From: Candidatus Aenigmatarchaeota archaeon
Lineage (GTDB): Archaea > Aenigmatarchaeota > Aenigmatarchaeia > Aenigmatarchaeales > JACQIB01
Reading direction: 5' to 3'
DNA: 64,000 nt
NCBI GenBank assembly: GCA_016198755.1
Contig: JACQIB010000001.1
Span: forward strand, 32,001 to 96,000
The position numbers were made by a program, and so were the translations under genes. Positions 1 to 8,538 of this stretch are shown one piece after another; positions within the stretch are counted from its first letter, which is position 1, and each line of letters begins with the position of its first letter. A model generated the notes under the pieces. The model did not search any database. It was not told where the DNA came from and worked only from the letters and a program-made list of their open reading frames with translations.

Positions 1-31
1 TGCAGGTGTTCACTGATTAAAGGGGGACGTT

Positions 32-122
32 AGAAAGTGCAGGATAATGCGTGGTGGGTAATTCTTCCTATTTTTGATTTGATTAGTTAGAATTATCTAC
101 CCAAATCTTGGCTTTCCGTGAA
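32..122 (+). other. rRNA intron 1 (about 91 nt hairpin, relaxed BHB), near E. coli 23S position 2576
   Basis: Splits GGACGT/AGCTGGG. Long stem GAAAG/CTTTC, CAGGAT/ATCTTG, GGTGGGTAATTCT/AGAATTATCTACC. Bulges TTA (30-32) and AAA (121-123) flank ACG/CGT. Boundaries +/-1 nt. Confidence 0.8.
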
Positions 123-143
123 AGCTGGGTTCAGTACGTCGTG

Positions 144-508
144 ATCTGACAAGTGGGTAACGCGGGAGGAAAAGGTCTTCTAGTGAAAAATGACTGGAAA
201 ATGTTATCCAAAGATTTCACAAATCTCATGCCTCAGATGAACTATATAGCTTAAGCTTTAGCGCTAGCAATGACTATAGTATACCTGGCATGGAAAATAA
301 TAGATCAAGCTTATAGGGAAAATGAAGTGAACAAAAAGAAGTCACATCTGATTCCCATAAGAAAATTCTCGGGCTATGAATGAACCGTCCCAAAGCACCC
401 GGCAAAATGTGCGTTCGGAGTAGCTAATGAGCCTTGCTATGAGAATTTTTACAAGCTTGGTTTTACTTTTAAGAAGACCATCCTGCATTCCCATTTAACG
501 AACGATAG
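144..508 (+). other. rRNA intron 2 (365 nt) in the helix 93 loop, E. coli position about 2593-2594
   Basis: Removal restores ACGTCGTGAGACAG. BHB core GTCG(138-141)/CGAT(503-506) with bulges TGA and AGA. No ORF of 60 aa or more lies within it. Confidence 0.85.
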
Positions 509-574
509 AGACAGTACGGTTTATATCTTCTGAGGGTGCATAAGTGCCTGACCCGAAGGAGCGGTGAGTACGAA

Positions 575-605
575 ATGCTTACACTTAGCTGTGCGAGCAC
601 GCAAA
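575..605 (+). other. rRNA intron 3 (31 nt) inside the sarcin-ricin loop tetraloop
   Basis: Removal gives AGTAC-GAAA-GGAAC. Stem TGCT/AGCA, core TACG/CGCA (3 of 4 pairs), AAA bulges at 573-575 and 604-606. Confidence 0.75.
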
Positions 606-646
606 AGGAACGCCGCTTCGCGGCCTCTGGTTGACCAGTTGTCGTA

Positions 647-694
647 ACAGCTTTAGCTATGGCGTTAACACGCAGAGAGCTATTGCTGCGATAA
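647..694 (+). other. rRNA intron 4 (48 nt, canonical BHB) in the helix 96 loop
   Basis: GTT-GTCG-TAA-CAGC...GCTG-CGAT-AAA-GGC; cutting after the second base of each bulge gives TGTC-GTAA-GGCA, a GNRA hairpin. Confidence 0.85.
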
Positions 695-1048
695 AGGCAA
701 AGCTGGGCAGCTACGCTGTAGTCTTTAAGGCCTGAAGGCATCTAAGGCCGAAATGATCGGGGAAAAGAGGCATTGGCCACAGGCTAGATAACCTGTTTGA
801 TAGGAGCCGGGTGTAAGCACGAAGCTTCGGCGACGTGTTCAGCCTGGGCTTACTAATAGGCCATTAATTTTGCATAAAGCAAGTTAGCTTGCCAATAGAA
901 ATATTGGCTTGCGAAGCAAGCTTTTGCGAATGGTGTCCAGACCCCCTTAAGTTTCCTCTGTTGGCAGATTTTTGTTCTTTAACAATTTAGCGTTAGCTAT
1001 AAAATCTAAAACAAGAAGGCTTAAAACCTTCTGCTCCAATTCTTTCAC

Positions 1049-1744
1049 ATGCAAAACCCAAGGCTCTCAATAATAATGCCAGCCCATAATGAAGAGAGTG
1101 TTATAGCTGGGGTTATAGAGAAGTTTTGCCCAGCCCTTTCTCAGGCAGAAATTATTGTTGTTTGCAATGGGTGCACAGATAATACTTTTGCTGTTTCATC
1201 CAAACTAAAAGAGAAATACAAAAACTTGGTTGTGCTGGACTTTGGAAGGATTTTCAAGGGAGGGGCAATACTTGAGGGGTTTAAAGTTGCGCGCGGAGAT
1301 ATTGTTGGTTTTGTGGATTCTGACGGAGCCTTTGAGCCTTCTGATGTAATAAAGATTGTTGGAGGTATAAGGGAAGCTGGTGGGGCTATAGCAAGCAAGT
1401 GGACCGGGAAAGGATTTGATAGTCCATTCTCGCAAGAAAGGAAGTTCTCTGCACGCGTATGGAATTTTTTTGTTAGATTATTTTTAGGATTAAAACATCC
1501 AGATACACAGGCAGGTTGCAAGTTCTTTAAGAAAGAAGCTGTAGAAGCAATAGATAAAAATTTTTCAGCGCGCGGTTTTGCCTTTGATATAGAGCTGCTT
1601 TACAAGATTGAAAAAGCAGGGTTCAGAGTGAATGAGGTTTTCTGTGTACCAAAAGAAACAAAAGCAGGAATTTTCAGCCTAAAAAGCACGCCTAAAATGT
1701 TTCTGGATCTTCTGAAAGTCTGGTACAACTCCAAGTTTCATTAG
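1049..1744 (+). CDS. GT2 glycosyltransferase, dolichyl-phosphate hexose synthase-like
   Basis: IIMPAHNEE, GCTDNT, FVDSDG, DTQAGCK, FDIELL. Confidence 0.85.
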   Translation: MQNPRLSIIMPAHNEESVIAGVIEKFCPALSQAEIIVVCNGCTDNTFAVSSKLKEKYKNLVVLDFGRIFKGGAILEGFKVARGDIVGFVDSDGAFEPSDVIKIVGGIREAGGAIASKWTGKGFDSPFSQERKFSARVWNFFVRLFLGLKHPDTQAGCKFFKKEAVEAIDKNFSARGFAFDIELLYKIEKAGFRVNEVFCVPKETKAGIFSLKSTPKMFLDLLKVWYNSKFH

Positions 1745-3940
1745 GCCATAAAACACCAAGAACAGAAGCCCTAAAATAGACAGGATGTTCCCGAGAGTAT
1801 CGTAAATTGTATCAGAATAATAAAGCTTTACATGGCTCTGGGTTGGATAAATTATCATAAATGATGGTGAAGCCAAATAGACTTTATCCGCTCCTTGCAC
1901 ATGCCAGTTTGGATAATAGCTTATCTTGATTAACACAGGCTTTCCAATACAATCTGTATCAAACTCCAGCTCTTCCATGCTAAACTTTTCATTCTTTGTT
2001 TCACAGGTTCCAACAGCCTTTTTAGGTACAGAAACAATTTCTCTGTAGGCTTCTGTTTCATTCTTTCCATTTTCCTGTATTATAGTCTCGAATTTCTTGT
2101 CAGGTCCGGAGAGAACAACAATCGGTCTGTCCATATTATCTAGGTCCTTAAACCATTCGTAGGTAACTTTCTTCCAGTTTTTCCCGATATATCCAACAGG
2201 TTCATAGAGCTGCGGTTCAGTGTATTTGCCAGTATTGTTCAGCCTGAAAACTTCAAATTCATCAAACTCCTTTAGTGGTACAGCATCTGTTTTTCTGAAT
2301 TCCGTCTTTGTTTTATTTGAAGTAGCTACGAAATAATCTATATTAAAGAACTTCAAATACCGCGTGGCATTCTCAGCACTGTAATAGGAACAGCGCCATT
2401 TTGGTATTGGGCATGTTGGCCCTTCAGAATATGAAGCCTGCATATAGAACATATAGGGGCTTGTAAGAGCACCTTCTATAAACAACCCCTCAAGCGTGGA
2501 TTTTCCAGTGAAAAGTGGCATATTTTCCAGCATCCTTGGCGTTCCAAATTTTTCATGCGTTGAAGAATATTCATGTGCTGTACGTCCATATGGCAGGCTC
2601 TTTACAAAAGAAGTCATATTGCTCAGTGTTGGCCAGTATGCTTTTCCCTCATAACCTGAATAGTTCCAGTTTATCCAGCTCTGTATGAATGTTACATTTC
2701 CAGCAGTCCAGAGCACAATAAGTATAACACATAAAATAGCTCCTCCTTCTTTTAGCCCAAAGTTCATTTTTTTGTTTAAAGCAATACCAGCGACAGCAAT
2801 AACTATCATTGCAGCTATAACAGAATTATAATACTGCACTTTTATGATTGTGTGCATTAGTAGTGCAGTTGCAACAGCGCATGCACTGAAAATTGCACCA
2901 GTTTTGAAATCAAACCCAGAAACAATCTTTCCTATGACTATTGAAGAGAAAACAACAGCAAGAAGCTGGAAAATTGGAACAAATCTTATATCCACCAAAC
3001 CAAGAGGATTTGCAGCCAAATACAGAAGCAGTGGTATTATAGAAGCAACCCCAAGATATACAACTCTTTTATCTTTTCTGTAAAGCAGGAACGAGAAAGC
3101 AGCAAGAATTATAAATGGTATTAGTATTTTTGGCAGGACTTCTCCAACAGTTACATTGAAAACATAATCCAACGGAGTTCTCCATCCTAATTTTGCCATT
3201 GCAGGCACAAACCAAAATCCTACTAAAGAACCTCCCAGAACAAATACTTTTGAAATATATTTTGCATTTTCCTTTATTTTTACAAAGTCAGCAAGGAAAA
3301 CCAATGTTATAATGCCCGCGAACAATAAAGTGTAAATATGAGTCAGTCCAATACCAGCCAAAATTATACCGTTCCTTACCCAAGCCTTCTTTTCTGTTAT
3401 TCCATTATACAGCGAGCCAATATAGAGCAAAACCAGACCTATACTGATACTATAGGTAAACTCCCCTGCCAGTGTGGAAGGTATATTTCCTCCCCACATT
3501 GAGTTTGCTTCCATGAAAAGGAATGCAAGTGTTGAAGCAGCTCCTATAGCTGGTACAGGAAATTCAAATTTCATGTACCTAAGAGAAAAATAAGCTGCGA
3601 AAGGCAGGAAAGCAGTTCCAAGAACAGTTACAAGCTTGAAACCAGCATTCAATCCAACAAACAACCCAAAAAAGCTCATTAAAGCAAATGGAGTAGGAAA
3701 ATAATACTGGAACATTGGCATTCCAGCATACCACCAGTCTGTCCAGCCAATCAGCTTTCCATGAGGCAATAAATAATCATGCATATACTGCGCTGGTGTA
3801 ACATGGGAACCAGTGTCTCCCCCATTTGTTAAATTTTGGGAAAGCAAGAGTTCTGGCTTGAAAAAGCTGAAAATAAAAATTAGACAAGCTATCAATACCA
3901 CAGCATCTACGATTAGTTCCTTTTTCATTTCATTACCCAC
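1679..3940 (-). CDS. Multi-pass membrane protein, GT-C-like glycosyltransferase (PTPS-related membrane domain/YfhO-like)
   Basis: GGDTGSH, WYAGMPMFQYY, many TM segments, C-terminal KISYYPNWHV; convergent with the GT2 gene. Confidence 0.7.
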   Translation of the reverse strand: MGNEMKKELIVDAVVLIACLIFIFSFFKPELLLSQNLTNGGDTGSHVTPAQYMHDYLLPHGKLIGWTDWWYAGMPMFQYYFPTPFALMSFFGLFVGLNAGFKLVTVLGTAFLPFAAYFSLRYMKFEFPVPAIGAASTLAFLFMEANSMWGGNIPSTLAGEFTYSISIGLVLLYIGSLYNGITEKKAWVRNGIILAGIGLTHIYTLLFAGIITLVFLADFVKIKENAKYISKVFVLGGSLVGFWFVPAMAKLGWRTPLDYVFNVTVGEVLPKILIPFIILAAFSFLLYRKDKRVVYLGVASIIPLLLYLAANPLGLVDIRFVPIFQLLAVVFSSIVIGKIVSGFDFKTGAIFSACAVATALLMHTIIKVQYYNSVIAAMIVIAVAGIALNKKMNFGLKEGGAILCVILIVLWTAGNVTFIQSWINWNYSGYEGKAYWPTLSNMTSFVKSLPYGRTAHEYSSTHEKFGTPRMLENMPLFTGKSTLEGLFIEGALTSPYMFYMQASYSEGPTCPIPKWRCSYYSAENATRYLKFFNIDYFVATSNKTKTEFRKTDAVPLKEFDEFEVFRLNNTGKYTEPQLYEPVGYIGKNWKKVTYEWFKDLDNMDRPIVVLSGPDKKFETIIQENGKNETEAYREIVSVPKKAVGTCETKNEKFSMEELEFDTDCIGKPVLIKISYYPNWHVQGADKVYLASPSFMIIYPTQSHVKLYYSDTIYDTLGNILSILGLLFLVFYGLMKLGVVPDFQKIQKHFRRAF

Positions 3941-4515
3941 TTCAGTATCTCAACTGCTTTCATTGTATCCATATCTCTCAATATCAAAAGAGTGTCCCTG
4001 TATGTAGATATAACATGCAGGAGGTTTATATTTTCAGCTCCAAGTGAATCGAGCAGATAAGCAACAACTCCCGGAACCTTTTCTATTTCTGCAGGACTTT
4101 TTATTGATATCAAATCAAGTCCATGTTCAGATCGTATAATATCCTTGCCCTTCAGGTTCTTAACAACTGAAGCTTCCATAACAGTAACATATCCGCTTGG
4201 TCCCCTTGACTGTACTAAACAATCAGCTTTAACAGGAGACCTGCTTATTGCTATAGATACCCCAAACTTTATCTCCATGCTGCTGTTCCTTAGTAAATAT
4301 AATATAGTCTTCTCCCTCTCTGATTTTTGTTTTTTCAGGCGGGATGCAATCCTTATCAATGCAATTTTCACAGCAACTTCAGAACCGCCAGTTTCCATTC
4401 TAATGAGCCTTGCAAGTGCAGAATAGTTTACAATACCCTTCTCAAGAGCCTCCTTTACGTGGGGCTTTCTTTTAACATAAATTCCAACCATTTCTGCAAT
4501 AGTCATATTTGTCAC
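3925..4515 (-). CDS. ACT-domain protein with N-terminal helical domain (archaeal family)
   Basis: GIVNYSALAR and C-terminal PGVVAYLLDSLGAENINL..ISTYRDT. Confidence 0.75.
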   Translation of the reverse strand: MTNMTIAEMVGIYVKRKPHVKEALEKGIVNYSALARLIRMETGGSEVAVKIALIRIASRLKKQKSEREKTILYLLRNSSMEIKFGVSIAISRSPVKADCLVQSRGPSGYVTVMEASVVKNLKGKDIIRSEHGLDLISIKSPAEIEKVPGVVAYLLDSLGAENINLLHVISTYRDTLLILRDMDTMKAVEILKWVMK

Positions 4516-4611
4516 ATATGTAACACATTTGTATTATTTGTATATAAATGTAGCTTAGTTTATTAATCCAAATCCCTGCTGAATAGCAGAAGGTGAAACA
4601 AATGGCAATGG

Positions 4612-5382
4612 GTGGATTACAAAGACTCTGTACAGAAAGCTATAGATAGTATAAAATCTGATATACATACTTCCAAGGCTGAGCCGGATGATTTGTCAGA
4701 ACTTCTTTCAGTTGAAAATGCAGCATGGCCGGCTACGGAAGATGATAATGGTGCTATAGTAGCATCAGAAGAAAAATTCAGGCATAGGATAAAAATAGGC
4801 AGTATATTAAAAGCAGAATATACAGGAGAACCTATAACATGGGACGGTATACAATTAACAGAAGGCACAATTCTTGGAATGATAAGTTTTCAGATGTTGC
4901 AGATGCCCATAGACTTTCAAGATGTAATTAAAAAATCTGAACGCGGAGTTGAATGGGGAGAATTAATTTCAATGGGATTCCCAAAAGATTGGTATGAATT
5001 AACAGACGATGGTTTTCTCTATAAAACACATATACCAAATGGTAATGTTGGTTGTTTGGTTGGCGTTGGAGTTCTTCCTTCCATGCGCGGATTCGGTGTA
5101 GTAAATAATTTAATAGGAGGTGTGGTTTCTGACATGAAAAAATCAGGCTTGGAATGGGCAATTGGATATGGACGTGTTCCAGAATATGGAAAACACCCAG
5201 AAGTTCCCCTGCAGCAGTATGTTAAACGCAAACGTTCAGATGGTAAACCAGTCGATTACGGGCTGCGTTTTCATTATAATAACGGAGCGCATATAGTGTG
5301 CGGTATACCTCAATCTATGAGGCCAAAGGATGACTGGGAAAGCCTTGGTAACGGTGCACTAGTTGTGTACCAGTTGAAGTGA
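4612..5382 (+). CDS. GNAT-like acyltransferase
   Basis: VGVLPSMRGFGV acetyl-CoA motif A; GYGRVPEY, LRFHYNNGA. Confidence 0.65.
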   Translation: MDYKDSVQKAIDSIKSDIHTSKAEPDDLSELLSVENAAWPATEDDNGAIVASEEKFRHRIKIGSILKAEYTGEPITWDGIQLTEGTILGMISFQMLQMPIDFQDVIKKSERGVEWGELISMGFPKDWYELTDDGFLYKTHIPNGNVGCLVGVGVLPSMRGFGVVNNLIGGVVSDMKKSGLEWAIGYGRVPEYGKHPEVPLQQYVKRKRSDGKPVDYGLRFHYNNGAHIVCGIPQSMRPKDDWESLGNGALVVYQLK

Positions 5383-5386
5383 TGTT

Positions 5387-6082
5387 ATGGAGAAGTTCAA
5401 AATAACAAAAGTAAAAAACAATATATTCAAGATAGAAGAAATGTTATACAAAGAACATGCAAATCTATACCTTTTTATTTCTGACAACTTCTATCTTTTA
5501 GTGGATTCAGGAACAGGATTTTGGAATCTAAAGGAAAAAATATATAAAACTTTTGGAAACAACACAATTTTACTTATCAACACACATGGACATTATGATC
5601 ACATAGGAGGAAATAAACAATTCAGCTTTTCTGCAATACATGAAAATGACCTGAAATCTTTAACAAACCCAACAAAAGAAAATACGGTTTCTTTCAAATT
5701 CTCTAAATCTGATATGTTAACAAACAATAACGAGAGTATTAAATCCTTAAAATCAGCACCAAATATGATTTTACACGGAGGAGAAAAAATTGCGGTTGGT
5801 AAATTTATTTTCAAAATACTACACACGCCAGGACATTCACCCGGAAGCATATCTCTATATGATGAAAAAAACAAGACTTTAGTTTCTGGTGACATGCTCT
5901 ATAACGGTAAACTATATTATAATCTGCCAAAGTCTGATAAATTTCAATATATAGAATCCCTGAAATCCACAAAGAAGATGAAAGTCCAGACTTTATTAGC
6001 TGGACACAACGAAATTATTCTTGGAGAGGAAAACATCCAAAAACTTATGAATAAAGCCATATTCGAGTTAGAGGAGCACTGA
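5387..6082 (+). CDS. Metallo-beta-lactamase-fold hydrolase
   Basis: THGHYDHIGG, HTPGHSPG, SGD, AGH. Confidence 0.9.
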   Translation: MEKFKITKVKNNIFKIEEMLYKEHANLYLFISDNFYLLVDSGTGFWNLKEKIYKTFGNNTILLINTHGHYDHIGGNKQFSFSAIHENDLKSLTNPTKENTVSFKFSKSDMLTNNNESIKSLKSAPNMILHGGEKIAVGKFIFKILHTPGHSPGSISLYDEKNKTLVSGDMLYNGKLYYNLPKSDKFQYIESLKSTKKMKVQTLLAGHNEIILGEENIQKLMNKAIFELEEH

Positions 6083-6099
6083 TTTTTATTCCATGAAAG

Positions 6100-7782
6100 G
6101 TGAATACAAGCATGAAAGAGCTGCTTTGGCACGGGTTAAAGGAGGCACTGGCACTTGAGATAGGGGTTCCTGTTGGTCTGATAGAAGAGCCAAATAGGGA
6201 GGGTCAGGGAGATTTTGCACTCCCCTGTTTTGAGTTGGCAAAGCAGCAAAAACGCGCTCCACAGGAAATAGCAAAGGAAATTGAAGAAAAACATAAAACT
6301 CCTGCATTCTTTTCTGAAGTGAAAGCACAGGGGCCATATGTTAATTTTTATGTTGATTGGATTGTTTTCGGACAGATACTTTTGGATAAAATAGACAGCA
6401 AGTTTGGAACAAAATTATGTAAAGGAAAAGTGCTTATAGAACATACAAGCATAAACCCGAATGCAAGCCCTCATGTAGGCAGGTCTAGGAATGCTATAAT
6501 CGGAGATACACTTACGAGAATACTCAGATACATGGGCTACAATGTTGAATCCCATTACTATGTGAATGATGTTGGAAAACAGATAGCTCTGATGGTTTAT
6601 TATTCACGCATGAAGAAAATAAAAAAGCTGGACTTTTCCAGTCTGTTAAAGTTGTACATAGAAGCAAATGAGTGGCAGGCTCAAAATCCAGGTGAGGAAG
6701 AAAAGGTCTTTAAACTTCTTTGGAACTATGAATCCGGAAATAAAAAGCTTCAGACTGAGTTTCATAGATTTGTGGATGTAGCATTGAAAGGACAGATAAA
6801 GGTTCTGGGAGAGTTAAACATAAGCTATGATAAGTTTGATTTTGAGAGTGATTATCTTAGGGGCAAAACAATACCAGCCATTCTAAAAAAGTTGGAAAGC
6901 ACAGGCAAACTTTTTGTAGATAGATATGGAAGGAAAGTGCTAGATCTTGCCGGCTTTAACATAGCAATGGAAAGCCCTGTTTTGGTTTTAACAAGAAGAG
7001 ACGGAACATCTCTCTACCAATTAAGAGATATTGCCTATACACTTGATAAAGTAAAGAAAGCAAAGGATTTGAATATACTTATTTTGGGTGAAGATCAGAA
7101 GCTTTATTTTCAGCAGCTTTCTTCTGCCCTGAAAATACTGGGATACGAATCTCCGGCTGTAGTTCACTATTCTTTCATTTTGCTCCCATCAGGCAAAATG
7201 AGCACCCGCACAGGGAATGTTGTTTTATTGGAAGATTTCATGGGCGAAGTCAAAGAAAAGGCAAAGGAGGAAGTCAAACAACGTTATCCGGAACTGAAAG
7301 AAAAAGAGCTAAATCGCAGAGCAAGTGCAATTTCAATTGCTGCTGTGCGTTATTCTATAATAAAGGTAGCTCCGGAAAAAAATGTTCTTTTTAAGCTGGA
7401 TGAAGCCCTAAAGTTCGAAGGAGATACAGGTCCATATATGCTATATACTTATGCGCGCGCAAACAGCGTACTTGAAAAAGCAAAGAAATGGAAGACTTAT
7501 TCTGCCGCAAAATTAGAAGATCCAAGGGAAAGATTTTTATTAAGGCTTCTGGCTCAGTATACATCAGTTCTGGAAAAAAGCAGGGAAGAATTGAGACCTC
7601 ATTATCTGGCTTCCTATACAAGGGAATTAGCAGATGGTTTCAATACTTTTTATCAGGTCCTGCCTGTTCTGAAAGCTGAGAAAGGTTTGAAAGAAGCCCG
7701 CCTACAGCTGGTTAAGGCAGTGAGAGATGTTTTAGGTTCAGCAATGATGCTGTTAGGGTTTACTCTTTTAGATGAAATGTAA
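6100..7782 (+). CDS. argS: Arginyl-tRNA synthetase
   Basis: EHTSINPNASPHVG (HIGH variant), KMSTRTG, GDTGPYMLYTYAR, C-terminal M. Confidence 0.95.
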   Translation: MNTSMKELLWHGLKEALALEIGVPVGLIEEPNREGQGDFALPCFELAKQQKRAPQEIAKEIEEKHKTPAFFSEVKAQGPYVNFYVDWIVFGQILLDKIDSKFGTKLCKGKVLIEHTSINPNASPHVGRSRNAIIGDTLTRILRYMGYNVESHYYVNDVGKQIALMVYYSRMKKIKKLDFSSLLKLYIEANEWQAQNPGEEEKVFKLLWNYESGNKKLQTEFHRFVDVALKGQIKVLGELNISYDKFDFESDYLRGKTIPAILKKLESTGKLFVDRYGRKVLDLAGFNIAMESPVLVLTRRDGTSLYQLRDIAYTLDKVKKAKDLNILILGEDQKLYFQQLSSALKILGYESPAVVHYSFILLPSGKMSTRTGNVVLLEDFMGEVKEKAKEEVKQRYPELKEKELNRRASAISIAAVRYSIIKVAPEKNVLFKLDEALKFEGDTGPYMLYTYARANSVLEKAKKWKTYSAAKLEDPRERFLLRLLAQYTSVLEKSREELRPHYLASYTRELADGFNTFYQVLPVLKAEKGLKEARLQLVKAVRDVLGSAMMLLGFTLLDEM

Positions 7783-8298
7783 TCATCCATATCTGAGAAG
7801 TGACTGCAGCTTTTCTATTGAGGAGTTTGTATTGTTGGGATTTATGCCGAGTATTGGTATCTGGAACCTTTTTTTCCTCATTTCCTCTTCTATTTCCTCT
7901 ATTAAAATTCCTTTACCAGGAACATTTCTGTTTCCCTCCTCTATCTGGTAAACTGCACATGTAGGTGAAAATTCCACTCCAAGAATTCCTACAACCTTGT
8001 AGTTTTTAGAAAGGTAAAGTTCTATTTGTTTAATAACATCCTGTGCCATTTTCTTGCACAAAGTCCTGTAGGATTTTGTATCATAGGAACTTTTAGATCT
8101 CGGCTTTCTATTAAGCCCAGAGCCAAATTCCATTTCAGGGCAACCCATTTGTATAAGTCCAATTCCTGCTTCCCCAAGAATATCCAGAATATCCTTAAAA
8201 ACCCCAGGTTGTTTTGCTTTTCCCATTGCAGCAGCGTTCTGATTTAGTATACAGTGAGAAACAAAAACTATCTTTTTACCTCTTTGCATAAAATTCAC
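7783..8298 (-). CDS. DUF523 / TudS-related (2-thiouracil desulfurase-like) Fe-S protein
   Basis: SHCILNQN, QMGCPE, SPTC. Confidence 0.7.
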   Translation of the reverse strand: MNFMQRGKKIVFVSHCILNQNAAAMGKAKQPGVFKDILDILGEAGIGLIQMGCPEMEFGSGLNRKPRSKSSYDTKSYRTLCKKMAQDVIKQIELYLSKNYKVVGILGVEFSPTCAVYQIEEGNRNVPGKGILIEEIEEEMRKKRFQIPILGINPNNTNSSIEKLQSLLRYG

Positions 8299-8538
8299 TT
8301 AGTATACTTTATAACAGTATATTATTTAAAGCACTATAGTTTTTACTTACATTGAGTGGTAAAGTTCAATTTGCGTACGTTTTTTGTCGTATAGTACTAT
8401 AGGTCAATTTAAAGCTCTTGCAGCTTCTAGTAACCATTGTATAGGAATTGCACAAAACAAAATTAACTCGCTCAGTAGAGTAAGTATTTAAACCTTTATA
8501 GCGAGGGTTTAAGTGCTTAATATTGATTCGGTGAATGT

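Larger units (their letters stand above)
1..865 (+). rRNA. rrl: 23S rRNA gene, 3' part (domains V-VI), interrupted by four introns; 5' part lies outside the window, 3' end approximate
   Basis: Conserved LSU segments ATTAAAGGGGGACGT..AGCTGGGTTCAGTACGTCGTG..AGACAGTACGG, AGTACGA..AGGAAC (sarcin-ricin loop), CTGAAGGCATCTAAG, GTTTGATAGG, GTGTAAGC, TACTAAT. Confidence 0.95.

Noticed and set aside
143-509. Group I or group II identity for the 365-nt intron
   Set aside because: No register gives the U/omega-G pair of group I, and there is no GUGYG start for group II. A domain-V-like hairpin at about 429-463 is only a loose resemblance, and BHB geometry fits better. Not excluded without a covariance search
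469-741. 90-aa minus-strand ORF
   Set aside because: Antisense to 23S rRNA; no protein motif
866-960. 5S rRNA or tRNA downstream of 23S
   Set aside because: Only short hairpins, probably the processing stem or terminator region; no 5S or tRNA consensus
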